In this document: positions 1 through 8,953 of the stretch, in pieces
Numbering within the stretch: position 1 is the first letter of the stretch
How the letters are laid out: each line of letters starts with the position of its first letter
Assembly (NCBI GenBank): GCA_021108255.1
Contig: JAIORG010000230.1
Coordinates: 1-53,737, forward strand
DNA from: Anaerolineales bacterium
GTDB lineage: Bacteria; Chloroflexota; Anaerolineae; Anaerolineales; UBA11858
Direction of reading: 5' to 3'
Length of the DNA stretch: 53,737 nt
Notes under the pieces: generated by a model
Databases searched by the model: none
What the model saw: only the letters and a program-made list of their open reading frames with translations
Told to the model about the DNA's origin: nothing
Program-made: the position numbers and the translations under genes

Positions 1-2
1 GG

Positions 3-143
3 GTGGATGTGGATGAAAACCAGGGAGAAGCGATCTTTAATATGGTTTTGGGCGTAAAGAATGTAATGGAACTGCAGCGCACTTTGGATTTACTAGAAAG
101 AATTAATAATGTATATGAAGCCAGGCGAGTACGAAGTATTTAG
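3..143 (+). CDS. 3' end of a probable RelA/SpoT (p)ppGpp synthetase/hydrolase (C-terminal ACT domain), truncated by the window edge
   Basis: Manual translation from nt 3: VDVDENQGEAIFNMVLGVKNVMELQRTLDLLERINNVYEARRVRSI*. It resembles the RelA/SpoT ACT-domain ending (V..L..L..L..I..V..A.R). Only 46 aa are visible. Confidence 0.6.
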   Translation: MDVDENQGEAIFNMVLGVKNVMELQRTLDLLERINNVYEARRVRSI

Positions 144-208
144 TTTCAGTTAATACCACTAAATCAAAACGGATAAGAAAAATCCTTTAGCTAGTAATTA
201 ACAAAGGA

Positions 209-2698
209 TCAAGCGCAAAGAATTTCAAGGATCGCCAGCGTTTCCATTTTTCCACCATATCCTTTTTCGCCTCCGGGACCGACACAGGAGGGGCAGCCTT
301 CCCGGCAAGGGCAAACACGGACAAGTTCAAAAGCTGTATCTAGAAGCTCTTTTTCTCTGTCGTAGAGGTTCTTGCTGAAACCGATGCCTGCAGGAATTTG
401 CTCATGAAGCAAGACAACAGGTCTTCCATCACCGAGCGGAGAATTACAATCAGTGTGAACGCCGAGATCTCCTGGATCGCACATTAAAAACAGGGGTGAC
501 AGGCTGTGCAGAGCATAGCCAAGGCCCCTTAAGCCGCTGTTTACACGGACTACTGCTTCTGCACGGTTGTGACAGCGGAAACACAGGGTGACTAGATTGT
601 CGATTTGATTGGCTTCTTCAAATGACGAAAAGCTGCGCAGGGGTTTTTTGTGGTGAATATGCAGGGGAACGATATCTCCACTTTTGCCGCATATTTGACA
701 GGTGTTTTTGTCGCGGCGAAGGATAATTTCCCTCAGGCTTGGCCAGTTGGGTCCATACTCATTGGGACTGCTGGTCCATAACTTAACTTTTCTTAAAGCG
801 GTTTCTGTTTCACTGGATAGAGTGATCCAGAAACCGGTTGTTTTTAAGGACGTGGATGGCAGATCAAGACTTTCCCGGCCGATAACTTCATACTGTGACC
901 ATCTAATTTTCTTGTATCCCGAAACCTGAGTTGTTACAGTGATTTCCCCAAGAAACTTGTCTGCAGTACCTAAACAGCTTTTTTCCAGCAACTTATCAAC
1001 AGCAAAAGAAGTTTGACGTTCTGGCTCTGTAAAATAGACAGGGGTACTTGGGGAAAGGCTGGCAATATTAGTTTCAAGGTTAAGGCTGTCGACATGGAAA
1101 ATATCACCTTGGTGCAGATAGATAGCTCCTGGGTGAACCATCCAGTAAGCGCTGTCTCTATCAACAACTCCCAGGACGTTGATTTCACCAGCTGAACTGA
1201 TGAGTTTAAGGGTTACTTGTTGATTAGTAGTTGTGCGAAGAGAAAAACCTGCGGCGGGATAAGAATCTTTCATCCAGAAATACTTGTTTTGCGAATGATG
1301 CAGAGTGCCGGATTGCTGCAGGAAATCCAATAGCTCCATAGTTTGGGTATGACTGAAATTACCATAATAATCACTGTCTTCGAAGGGGATTTCGTAGGCT
1401 GAACATTTTATGTGATTTAGAGCAATTAGGAGATTGTCCGGATCAATCAAAGCAGATTCGGGATTCGAGTTGAAGAGATATTCGGGATAAAGAGCTAAGT
1501 ATTGATCCAGGGGATTAGAGGACGCTACCAAGATAGAGAGTGATGGATTATCAGCACGGCCAGATCGTCCAGCTTGCTGCCAGGCTCCTGCAATAGAACC
1601 TGGATATCCTGCAATAATCACTGCGTCCAGACCGCCAATGTCAATCCCTAATTCAAGCGCGGTTGTTGCTGCGACGGCTCTGACCTGACCCGAACGAAGC
1701 CCAGCTTCGATTTCACGCCTTTGCAGAGGAAGATATCCACTACGGTAAGCGCGAATGAAGTCAGGCGGAATAGAACATTTTTCGCGCAATTTTGTAAGCA
1801 TAAATTCAACAGATTTTCTAGAGCGGCCAAATAGTATGGTTTGATAACCAGCGTTAATTATTTCTGAGGCCAAACGGACGCTCTCGCGCTGCATGCCTGC
1901 TCTTAAGCCAAGGATTTCATCAATTACGGGAGGATTAAAAATAAGGAAATGTTTTTCCCCCCGAGAAGAATAGTCCTTGTTTATGAGTTGGACTTTCTCC
2001 TCGATCAAGGTTTTGGCGTGAGCAAGAGGGTTTCCGATAGTAGCGGAAGTAAGAAGGAATTGAGGTGAGGAGCCATAATGGTTTGCTACACGCTTTAAGC
2101 GTCTGATGACATTAGCAACATGAGAACCAAATACACCGCGATAAGTATGCATTTCATCCAAGACAACATATTGAAGCCTGGAAAAGAAATCTTCCCAATG
2201 AGTGTGATAAGGCAATATTCCAAGATGGAGCATGTCAGGGTTGCTAATGATGATTTGAGATGAACTGCGGATAACAGCACGTTGACTTGAAGGAGTGTCG
2301 CCGTCGTATGCAGCAGCTGTGACCGCAGAAAACGCGTTTAGAGCACCAAGTTGATCGTGAGCCAGGGCTTTAGTGGGATAGAGGAACAAAGCCCGATAGG
2401 AGTCGTTTTCAAGCAAGTTATGAAGGACTGGCAGTGTATAAGAAAGGGTCTTTCCGCTGGCCGTTCCGGTGACAAGAGCAAAATTGTTTCCTGACTGGAT
2501 CTCCTGCCAGGCTTGATACTGATGTAAATAGAGGGAACGAATATCCTGCGATAAAAGGTGAGATTTTAATCGCTGGTCAAGATTTAGAGGAAAATCAACA
2601 TATACTGGATCGCGTTTTGGGAACACCTGCCAGGCAGAAATATTTGGAGCGATTGAAGAGTCTGATTTCCAAAGGGACAGAAATGAAGTGAGGGACAT
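209..2698 (-). CDS. MrfA/YprA/Hrq1-family DEAH-box helicase with DUF1998 Zn-binding C-terminus and an inserted HNH endonuclease domain
   Basis: LYLHQ Q-motif, GTASGKT Walker A, YPTKALAHDQ, NPDMLH, DEMH, SATIGNP, LELGIDIG, QQAGRSGR. DUF1998 cysteines LMCDPGD and CPCREGCPSC. HNH segment CQIC..HIHH..N..LCFRCH. Confidence 0.9.
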   Translation of the reverse strand: MSLTSFLSLWKSDSSIAPNISAWQVFPKRDPVYVDFPLNLDQRLKSHLLSQDIRSLYLHQYQAWQEIQSGNNFALVTGTASGKTLSYTLPVLHNLLENDSYRALFLYPTKALAHDQLGALNAFSAVTAAAYDGDTPSSQRAVIRSSSQIIISNPDMLHLGILPYHTHWEDFFSRLQYVVLDEMHTYRGVFGSHVANVIRRLKRVANHYGSSPQFLLTSATIGNPLAHAKTLIEEKVQLINKDYSSRGEKHFLIFNPPVIDEILGLRAGMQRESVRLASEIINAGYQTILFGRSRKSVEFMLTKLREKCSIPPDFIRAYRSGYLPLQRREIEAGLRSGQVRAVAATTALELGIDIGGLDAVIIAGYPGSIAGAWQQAGRSGRADNPSLSILVASSNPLDQYLALYPEYLFNSNPESALIDPDNLLIALNHIKCSAYEIPFEDSDYYGNFSHTQTMELLDFLQQSGTLHHSQNKYFWMKDSYPAAGFSLRTTTNQQVTLKLISSAGEINVLGVVDRDSAYWMVHPGAIYLHQGDIFHVDSLNLETNIASLSPSTPVYFTEPERQTSFAVDKLLEKSCLGTADKFLGEITVTTQVSGYKKIRWSQYEVIGRESLDLPSTSLKTTGFWITLSSETETALRKVKLWTSSPNEYGPNWPSLREIILRRDKNTCQICGKSGDIVPLHIHHKKPLRSFSSFEEANQIDNLVTLCFRCHNRAEAVVRVNSGLRGLGYALHSLSPLFLMCDPGDLGVHTDCNSPLGDGRPVVLLHEQIPAGIGFSKNLYDREKELLDTAFELVRVCPCREGCPSCVGPGGEKGYGGKMETLAILEILCA

Positions 2699-2827
2699 TG
2701 GATAATTTGGGTTGTTAGTTTGTTACTGTCCGAAGATAATGAATGATTAGGAAAAAACTGGAATAATAAAACCCAACTGATTGTACAAAGTTTTTCAGGT
2801 ATGCTTTTTGCGGATGACGGTTTTTAA

Positions 2828-4648
2828 CTATTTGTCTGTTGTTACCAGGGAGGGTGAGCCGTATTCAAGCGCCAAATCCTGTCTGAATTGTTGAGTATAA
2901 AGACGATAATAAAGACCCTTTAATTTTAGAAGTTCCTCGTGTGATCCCATCTCCGCAATGCCGCCATCTTTGATAAAAAGAATTCTGTCAGCTTGTCTAA
3001 TTGTAGATAACCGGTGCGCGATAACAAAACTAGTGCGATTGGACATTAGATTTTCCATGCCATGTTGAATGCGTTCTTCTGTGATGGTATCAACAGAGCT
3101 GGTAGCTTCATCCATGATGAAGATGTCAGGTTTGCGCAAAACTGCCCGTGAAAGGCTGACCAGTTGTTTTTGACCAACTGAAAGAAGATTTCCGCCCTCG
3201 CCAACTTCTTCCTGGTAGCCTTTTTCAAGATTGGTAATGAAATCGTGAGCACCAGAAAGTTTAGCTGCGCTGATGATCTCTTCAGAAGTCGATTCGAGAT
3301 TGCCGTAGCGGATGTTGTCTTCGATAGAGCCAGAAAACAAATGAGGTGTTTGAAGAACAATGCCGATTTTTGATTGAATTGCATGAAGCGAAAAATCAGT
3401 ATAATCTTCATTGTTTATCAAGATTTTTCCTCCGCGAGGTTCAAAAAAGCGGCAGAGCAAGTTAACTATAGTTGATTTCCCTCCGCCTGTTGGACCTACA
3501 AGGGCAATTGTCTCCCCAGGGGAAATGCGCAAATTAAAGTCCTCCAGGACAATATCGTCATCTTCGTAAGAAAAACAGACATGATCGAAAATTATTTCAC
3601 CCTGTAATGTGTCCACGGAAATGGCATCGGGTTTGTTAATAATATCAGGTTCGGAATCGAGTAAGGAAAAGATTCTTTCTGCAGAGGCGATTGAACGCTG
3701 CATTTCTGCATAAACTCTGGCAAGATCTTGTATGGGCCAAATCATAAAGGTGATATAAGAAATGAAGGCCTGGATTCCGCCAATAGTAATCCCGCCAATT
3801 TCTGCCTGCAGACCTCCATACCAGACAACGCTTCCGAGAGCGAAAGAGCTGATGATCATTACCGCTGGTAGAAAGAGAGCTGATAACCAGGCAGCCCTGT
3901 ATCCTGCCCGATACATTTCATCAGTTAATTCTCCAAATTCGGCCATGTTCTGGACTTCGCGACTGAAGGCTTTTGTAACGCGTACGCCAGTGATATTTTC
4001 ATTATATGAGCCAGTAATCTTGGAATTGATTTTTCTGACCTGGCGATACTCAACGATAATTTTTTTCTTGAATTGCGCTGCAACAACGATCAAAACAGGG
4101 ATAATCGCAATTACGAATAAGCCGAGGCGCCAGTTGATAGTGATCATGAAATAGGTTGCAGTGATGATGTTTAAGGAACCCCAGACAATGTCCAGGAATC
4201 CCCAGGTAACGAGTTGGGCAACCCTTTCGGAGTCAGATGATACCCGGGACATGATCCAGCCCACTGGAGTTTTGTTGTAGTAAGAAAGGGATAGGTGCTG
4301 CAGGTGATTGAACATTTTCTTGCGTAAATCGTACTGAACTCGCTCACCAAGAATTCCTGCAAAATAGATAAAACCAAATACAGAAGCAGCTTGAATAACG
4401 ATTAACGATCCATAATGGAGTAGTATTTCCCTGAGGACGATTATATTTCCTGGGCCAATACCTTCATCAATTATTCTCTTGCTCAAGTAAGTAAAATAAG
4501 AATCCAGTACTGATACGATTGCGATAGTGACTACAAACCCTAAAACCCAGAGGCCATATGGTTTAACCAGGATAAGTATTCGCTGGACAACTTTGCCAGA
4601 AAATGTGCCGGTAAATTCTTCTTCTTCAAAGTGATGTATATCAGTCAT
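2828..4648 (-). CDS. ABC exporter, fused TMD-NBD half-transporter (subunit with consensus Walker B)
   Basis: Hydrophobic N-terminal half, GPTGGGKST, LSVGQKQ, IMDEATS, IAHRL. Confidence 0.93.
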   Translation of the reverse strand: MTDIHHFEEEEFTGTFSGKVVQRILILVKPYGLWVLGFVVTIAIVSVLDSYFTYLSKRIIDEGIGPGNIIVLREILLHYGSLIVIQAASVFGFIYFAGILGERVQYDLRKKMFNHLQHLSLSYYNKTPVGWIMSRVSSDSERVAQLVTWGFLDIVWGSLNIITATYFMITINWRLGLFVIAIIPVLIVVAAQFKKKIIVEYRQVRKINSKITGSYNENITGVRVTKAFSREVQNMAEFGELTDEMYRAGYRAAWLSALFLPAVMIISSFALGSVVWYGGLQAEIGGITIGGIQAFISYITFMIWPIQDLARVYAEMQRSIASAERIFSLLDSEPDIINKPDAISVDTLQGEIIFDHVCFSYEDDDIVLEDFNLRISPGETIALVGPTGGGKSTIVNLLCRFFEPRGGKILINNEDYTDFSLHAIQSKIGIVLQTPHLFSGSIEDNIRYGNLESTSEEIISAAKLSGAHDFITNLEKGYQEEVGEGGNLLSVGQKQLVSLSRAVLRKPDIFIMDEATSSVDTITEERIQHGMENLMSNRTSFVIAHRLSTIRQADRILFIKDGGIAEMGSHEELLKLKGLYYRLYTQQFRQDLALEYGSPSLVTTDK

Positions 4649-4660
4649 GTTGGTTTCTTG

Positions 4661-6469
4661 TCAGGTCAGGCCGAGCTCTTGTTGAAGAGCCTGGTCAATT
4701 TTTGTTTGAATTTCGAATATTTCTTTATATTTTCCTGGTTGCTTGATGAGAACAGCATGGGTGCCCTGTTGAATTATTTTTCCATTATCAAGAACCAATA
4801 TTAGATCAGATTGCATCAAGCTTTGAATGCGATGTGCAATAATAAAGGTTGTTCGGCCAATCATTAAATGATCCAAAGCTTGATGAATTTCGGCTTCTGT
4901 TTCAACATCTACTGAAGAAGTAGCGTCGTCGAGAACGAGAATTTTTGGATTCTTGAGCAGTGTTCTAGCGATAGCTATCCTTTGTTTCTGTCCGCCTGAT
5001 AATGTGACGCCTTTTTCACCAACCATGGTATCGTAACCTTTTGGGAAACCCAGGATGACATCATGGATGGCAGCAGCTTTGCTAGCGGTAATAAGTTCTT
5101 CTTCAGAGACCTCGCGATCAACGCCATAAGAAATATTCTCACGAATAGAGCGGCTGAACAAAAACGGTTCTTGTTCTACTAAGCCGATCTGTTTGCGAAG
5201 AAAGGAACGCGGATAACGCTTCAAATCGATGCCGTCAAGGGTTAGTAAACCGCTGGTGTAGTCATAAAAACGCGGAAGTAAATTGATTAGAGTGGATTTG
5301 CCTGATCCGGGTCCGCCAAGGAGCGCAATCATTTGTCCAGGCTTGCAGGTAAAACTAATTTTATCCAGGACAATTGGATTATCCTCGTAGGAGAAGGAAA
5401 CATTCTGGAAAACAAACTCCCCATTAAAGGTATCGGATTGAGGTTTGTGGTCTCCTGCCGATAATGGCTCCCTTTGCTCTTTAATTACCTCGATGATTCT
5501 GCCGTATGAGACAAGTCCGGTAGACATCTGAACGATCAGACGGCCCAGGTTGCGAATTGGCCAGATAATCCAGATAATCATGCCGGCGTAAGCTAGATAA
5601 GTGCCAATTGAAATCTCACCACTGATAGCCATCGTAGCGCCAAGATAATATCCGAATATCATTTGGGCGCCGGTGAGGATATCAGAAAACGGCCAGAAGA
5701 GAGCGTGCATGGTAAAGAATTTACGCCCCTTATGGAATTTTTTTGTATTCTCGGTGTCAAATTTTTCTATTTCGAATTGCTGGCGGGCAAAAGCTTTTAC
5801 GACTCTAACGCCGGTTAGGTTTTCTTGCAGCGTATTGGATAAAACAGCTTCTTGATCCTGGTAATCTTCGTAGGCAGCAGAAACTTTCCTGAAAAAGATC
5901 AGGGATAAGACAACAGTAAGGGGCACAACAATTATTGACATTAACGCCAATCGAACATTTAGAGAGAGAAGTACACCCAGGTTTACTATGAAAAGAAGCA
6001 ATATACGACCAAGTCCTATAGCCCGATCTGCAAAAAATAAGCGAACTGCATCCACGTCTGAAGTAGAGCGCTGGATTAAGTCACCGGTTTTTGTTTTATC
6101 GTGGTAGGAAAATGATAAACGCTGAATGTGATCAAAGAGAAAATTACGTAATCTTCTAGTAATTCCCTCAGAGGTTTTTGCGGCCAACCTGCCGCTGATA
6201 TAGGTAAAAACACCTTGAAAAGCGGCAAGGACAAAAAACGAGACAGCAATCCAGGGGATATACTTACCGATATCATCATCGCTGACAAGCGCGTCTACAA
6301 ATTGCCCCAGAATGAGATAAGTGCCGGAGCGGAACGCTGCCGCAAAGCCAAGGCAGAGAGCTGCAAACAAGTAAATTCGTTTGTAGCCGCTCATTAAATT
6401 CCAGAGAGACTTGAGCTTGTTCTCTGATATTGTTGACCTGATGTCAAACGGTGCTGAATTAGTAGACAT
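4661..6469 (-). CDS. ABC exporter, fused TMD-NBD half-transporter (subunit with degenerate Walker B)
   Basis: TM helices, GGPGSGKST, LSGGQKQR, VLDDATS, IAHRI. Lies 12 nt from its partner gene. Confidence 0.93.
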   Translation of the reverse strand: MSTNSAPFDIRSTISENKLKSLWNLMSGYKRIYLFAALCLGFAAAFRSGTYLILGQFVDALVSDDDIGKYIPWIAVSFFVLAAFQGVFTYISGRLAAKTSEGITRRLRNFLFDHIQRLSFSYHDKTKTGDLIQRSTSDVDAVRLFFADRAIGLGRILLLFIVNLGVLLSLNVRLALMSIIVVPLTVVLSLIFFRKVSAAYEDYQDQEAVLSNTLQENLTGVRVVKAFARQQFEIEKFDTENTKKFHKGRKFFTMHALFWPFSDILTGAQMIFGYYLGATMAISGEISIGTYLAYAGMIIWIIWPIRNLGRLIVQMSTGLVSYGRIIEVIKEQREPLSAGDHKPQSDTFNGEFVFQNVSFSYEDNPIVLDKISFTCKPGQMIALLGGPGSGKSTLINLLPRFYDYTSGLLTLDGIDLKRYPRSFLRKQIGLVEQEPFLFSRSIRENISYGVDREVSEEELITASKAAAIHDVILGFPKGYDTMVGEKGVTLSGGQKQRIAIARTLLKNPKILVLDDATSSVDVETEAEIHQALDHLMIGRTTFIIAHRIQSLMQSDLILVLDNGKIIQQGTHAVLIKQPGKYKEIFEIQTKIDQALQQELGLT

Positions 6470-6477
6470 ATGAAAAA

Positions 6478-7131
6478 TTATTTAATCCTACTGTCTGTTT
6501 CTAAAACCAAAGAAATTTGATTTGAGTTGTCGATAAGCGGCTGTATTTTCCCGCTGGATAATTCTTTAATTGCTTCTTGTAATTCGTCATAAGAGTTAAC
6601 AGAAATTGTATAAACGAGCTTTACTTTATCAGTAAAAGATTCTGTAACTATTTTTCCCTGATGTTTAAGAATAGCCCTATCGATCATTTCGTAGAGAGAA
6701 TATGGGCATTCCAAGGATACATAATGCACCAGGGTCTTTTTTGCTTTTGGCACAGAAGCTATGATCTCTCGAGCTGAATCACTATAGGCTTTAACTAAAC
6801 CTCCGGTGCCTAGCTTTGTCCCTCCGAAATAACGGGTAATTACCAGGACAGTATCGCCTAATCCACTGCCTTTCAGTACGGATAACGCGGGACGGCCAGC
6901 GGTACCGGAAGGTTCACCATTGTCGCTGGAATGAGCAATCATCGAAGAGCCATGGCCGATAATAAAGGCCGGTACGTTGTGGGTTGCGTCAGAATACTTA
7001 TTGTTTATCTGTGTAATAAAATCTTTTGCTTCTTCAACCGAGAACGCAGGAGATATTGTAGCAATAAAACGCGAATTTGCCACCATGAATTCAAGGGAAT
7101 AGCGCGAGGCGGGTACGAAATAACTTTCCAT
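6478..7131 (-). CDS. yigZ: YigZ/IMPACT family protein
   Basis: SRFIA, DATHNVPAF, SDNGEPSGTAG, TRYFGGTKLGTGGLVKAY. Confidence 0.92.
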   Translation of the reverse strand: MESYFVPASRYSLEFMVANSRFIATISPAFSVEEAKDFITQINNKYSDATHNVPAFIIGHGSSMIAHSSDNGEPSGTAGRPALSVLKGSGLGDTVLVITRYFGGTKLGTGGLVKAYSDSAREIIASVPKAKKTLVHYVSLECPYSLYEMIDRAILKHQGKIVTESFTDKVKLVYTISVNSYDELQEAIKELSSGKIQPLIDNSNQISLVLETDSRIK

Positions 7132-7291
7132 AGGTTACAGTTAAAGGCATATAGAATGAATAACTATTGTACATCAGGCAGTAGATGATGAAAAGATAGA
7201 AGCGAGTGAGGGTGCAAAAATGAGGCAAATGTTTAGAATTTGCCATTACAAGAGAAATGAAAAAATTTCATGACCTGAAAAGTTAGAAAAG

Positions 7292-7600
7292 TCAGGTGGA
7301 GTGCCTGGGTTTCTTAATGTGCCAGATTACTTTTCCGAGAATATCAGCGGAAGCAATAGGACCTATTTTGCTGCTGTCAACACTAAGCGGATGGCTTCCT
7401 GTGACATGAATCTGCTGCAGATCGGAATTTGCCCAGTGTACCTCTTTTATCATCAAGCCATACGAAGGATGAGTAAAGACTACTATATCGCCCTCGCTGA
7501 TTGATCCAAATAGAAAGATGTATTTTCTAATGAGTACATAATCGCCGGGGAAAAAAAGAGGTGACAGGCTTTCGCCTGTCACCTTGATGATTTTGAGCAT
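7292..7600 (-). CDS. sodX: Nickel superoxide dismutase maturation protease (S26 peptidase)
   Basis: VTGESLSP (Ser), GDIVV, MIKEV (Lys), SVDS, ILGKV. Start overlaps the sodN stop (TAATG). Confidence 0.85.
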   Translation of the reverse strand: MLKIIKVTGESLSPLFFPGDYVLIRKYIFLFGSISEGDIVVFTHPSYGLMIKEVHWANSDLQQIHVTGSHPLSVDSSKIGPIASADILGKVIWHIKKPRHST

Positions 7601-8100
7601 TAAAGATCAGGGTAAACCATTTCCAGACCTGGGGCGTAAGGAGCTTTTGCCTTTTTGGTCTTTATGTTTTTAGTCGCCCAAAATATTTCAGCAAATTGGT
7701 TTATGGCATCAACAAATGCTACTCCATCGTCGCGATTGCATGTTTGCCGACTCTTGGAGCCTAGCTGCATAATCTTATGAACCAGCCCAGTAAGTTCTGG
7801 GAATTTTTCAAGATGAGTATCTTTTATGTAATCACCCCAAATTACACGGATTTCGTGTTTTGCTTTTTCTGCGTGTTCTTCCTTGACGGTTATGTAACGA
7901 GAGAGAGTATTGTGGTACTCTAATCTACCTTTTTCCTCACCTTGTTCAAGGGAAATCATCAGATCCATCATACGGACAACAGTGAGAGCGTTAATTTGAG
8001 CAGGGGAGGGATCGTAAATGCCGCAGGGAACATCACAATGGGCTTTGGCTTCGAAGAATGAGAGATATTTGTCAACGGATTGGACAAATTTGTAAAACAT
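7600..8100 (-). CDS. sodN: Nickel superoxide dismutase precursor
   Basis: 20-aa leader followed by the nickel-hook HCDVPCGIYDP; IWGDY; AAGGAG RBS upstream; adjacent sodX. Confidence 0.96.
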   Translation of the reverse strand: MFYKFVQSVDKYLSFFEAKAHCDVPCGIYDPSPAQINALTVVRMMDLMISLEQGEEKGRLEYHNTLSRYITVKEEHAEKAKHEIRVIWGDYIKDTHLEKFPELTGLVHKIMQLGSKSRQTCNRDDGVAFVDAINQFAEIFWATKNIKTKKAKAPYAPGLEMVYPDL

Positions 8101-8203
8101 GAGAAACTCCTTTAAATATTTAGTTCACTCTAAAGAATTTTACCCTGAGAATAGAAACCAATTTGTAATTATTTTATTATAAATATATGCATGAGCATAA
8201 CGG

Positions 8204-8953
8204 TCAGTGAACCTCACCCTCGACTTGGCCTTCAACAAGAGAATCCCAAGGATAATCTTCAGTACCCAGGGCAGCTTCCCTGACGGATGGATTATCCGCA
8301 AGAAAACCCCGGTAACTATCCGGAAGTTGAGCTGCAATTGCTTTCATCAGCTCTAATCCGATTTGGTCAAGCTGTTTTCTACGTTCTCTCCCCCGGCCAG
8401 TTGTAGTGAATGGGCCGACCGGCTTACCTATTTTTACTATTGTTGGCGGCCTCTTCCCGAGTTTGATGGGAAAGATTGAATTTAAGCCATAAATACCCAG
8501 GGGAAGAACTTTAGCTCCTGTTTGAGAAGCCAGATAGGCTGCACCTGGGCGGGCAGGGCGGAGAACTTCAGCCCAACTACCTCCTTCGGGCATGATTCCC
8601 AGAACTCCGTTTTGGTTCAGGATTTCTTCAGCTGCTCTCAATGCAAAGCGAGAGCCAGTTCCTCGGAAAACAGGATAGTATCCCCAAATCTGAGGAATGA
8701 ATTGAACCAGTTTGGGAGCATGAGGAAATTCTGCCCCACCGACAAATTCGATCGAGTAGGGCAGTGAGCTTAGCAATGCGACCGGATCAATAAAACTAAA
8801 ATGATTTGCGATTACAAGAAGGGGGCCAGAAGAAGGTAGGTTCTCTGAGCCTTCAATGCGGAAATCACTGACTAAAGATAAGGCAGCTTTCGCTAACTTT
8901 TTGAGCAAGCCGCGGATGATTAAACGGCGGGGATATTTTATCGACTGGTTCAT
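8204..8953 (-). CDS. 1-acyl-sn-glycerol-3-phosphate acyltransferase family (PlsC-like)
   Basis: NHFSFID (HX4D motif), MPEGG, GAAYLA. Confidence 0.88.
   Translation of the reverse strand: MNQSIKYPRRLIIRGLLKKLAKAALSLVSDFRIEGSENLPSSGPLLVIANHFSFIDPVALLSSLPYSIEFVGGAEFPHAPKLVQFIPQIWGYYPVFRGTGSRFALRAAEEILNQNGVLGIMPEGGSWAEVLRPARPGAAYLASQTGAKVLPLGIYGLNSIFPIKLGKRPPTIVKIGKPVGPFTTTGRGRERRKQLDQIGLELMKAIAAQLPDSYRGFLADNPSVREAALGTEDYPWDSLVEGQVEGEVH

Noticed and set aside
209-2698. DISARM, Druantia or Dpd defence helicase, or an intein
   Set aside because: No methylase, PLD or other defence genes are adjacent and the flanks are housekeeping. The insert lacks intein splice motifs (N-terminal C/S, C-terminal HN followed by C/S/T) and is only about 70 aa.
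2699-2827. LexA (GAAC-N4-GTTC) box upstream of the repair helicase
   Set aside because: The best candidates by eye have three or more mismatches, so SOS control is not supported.
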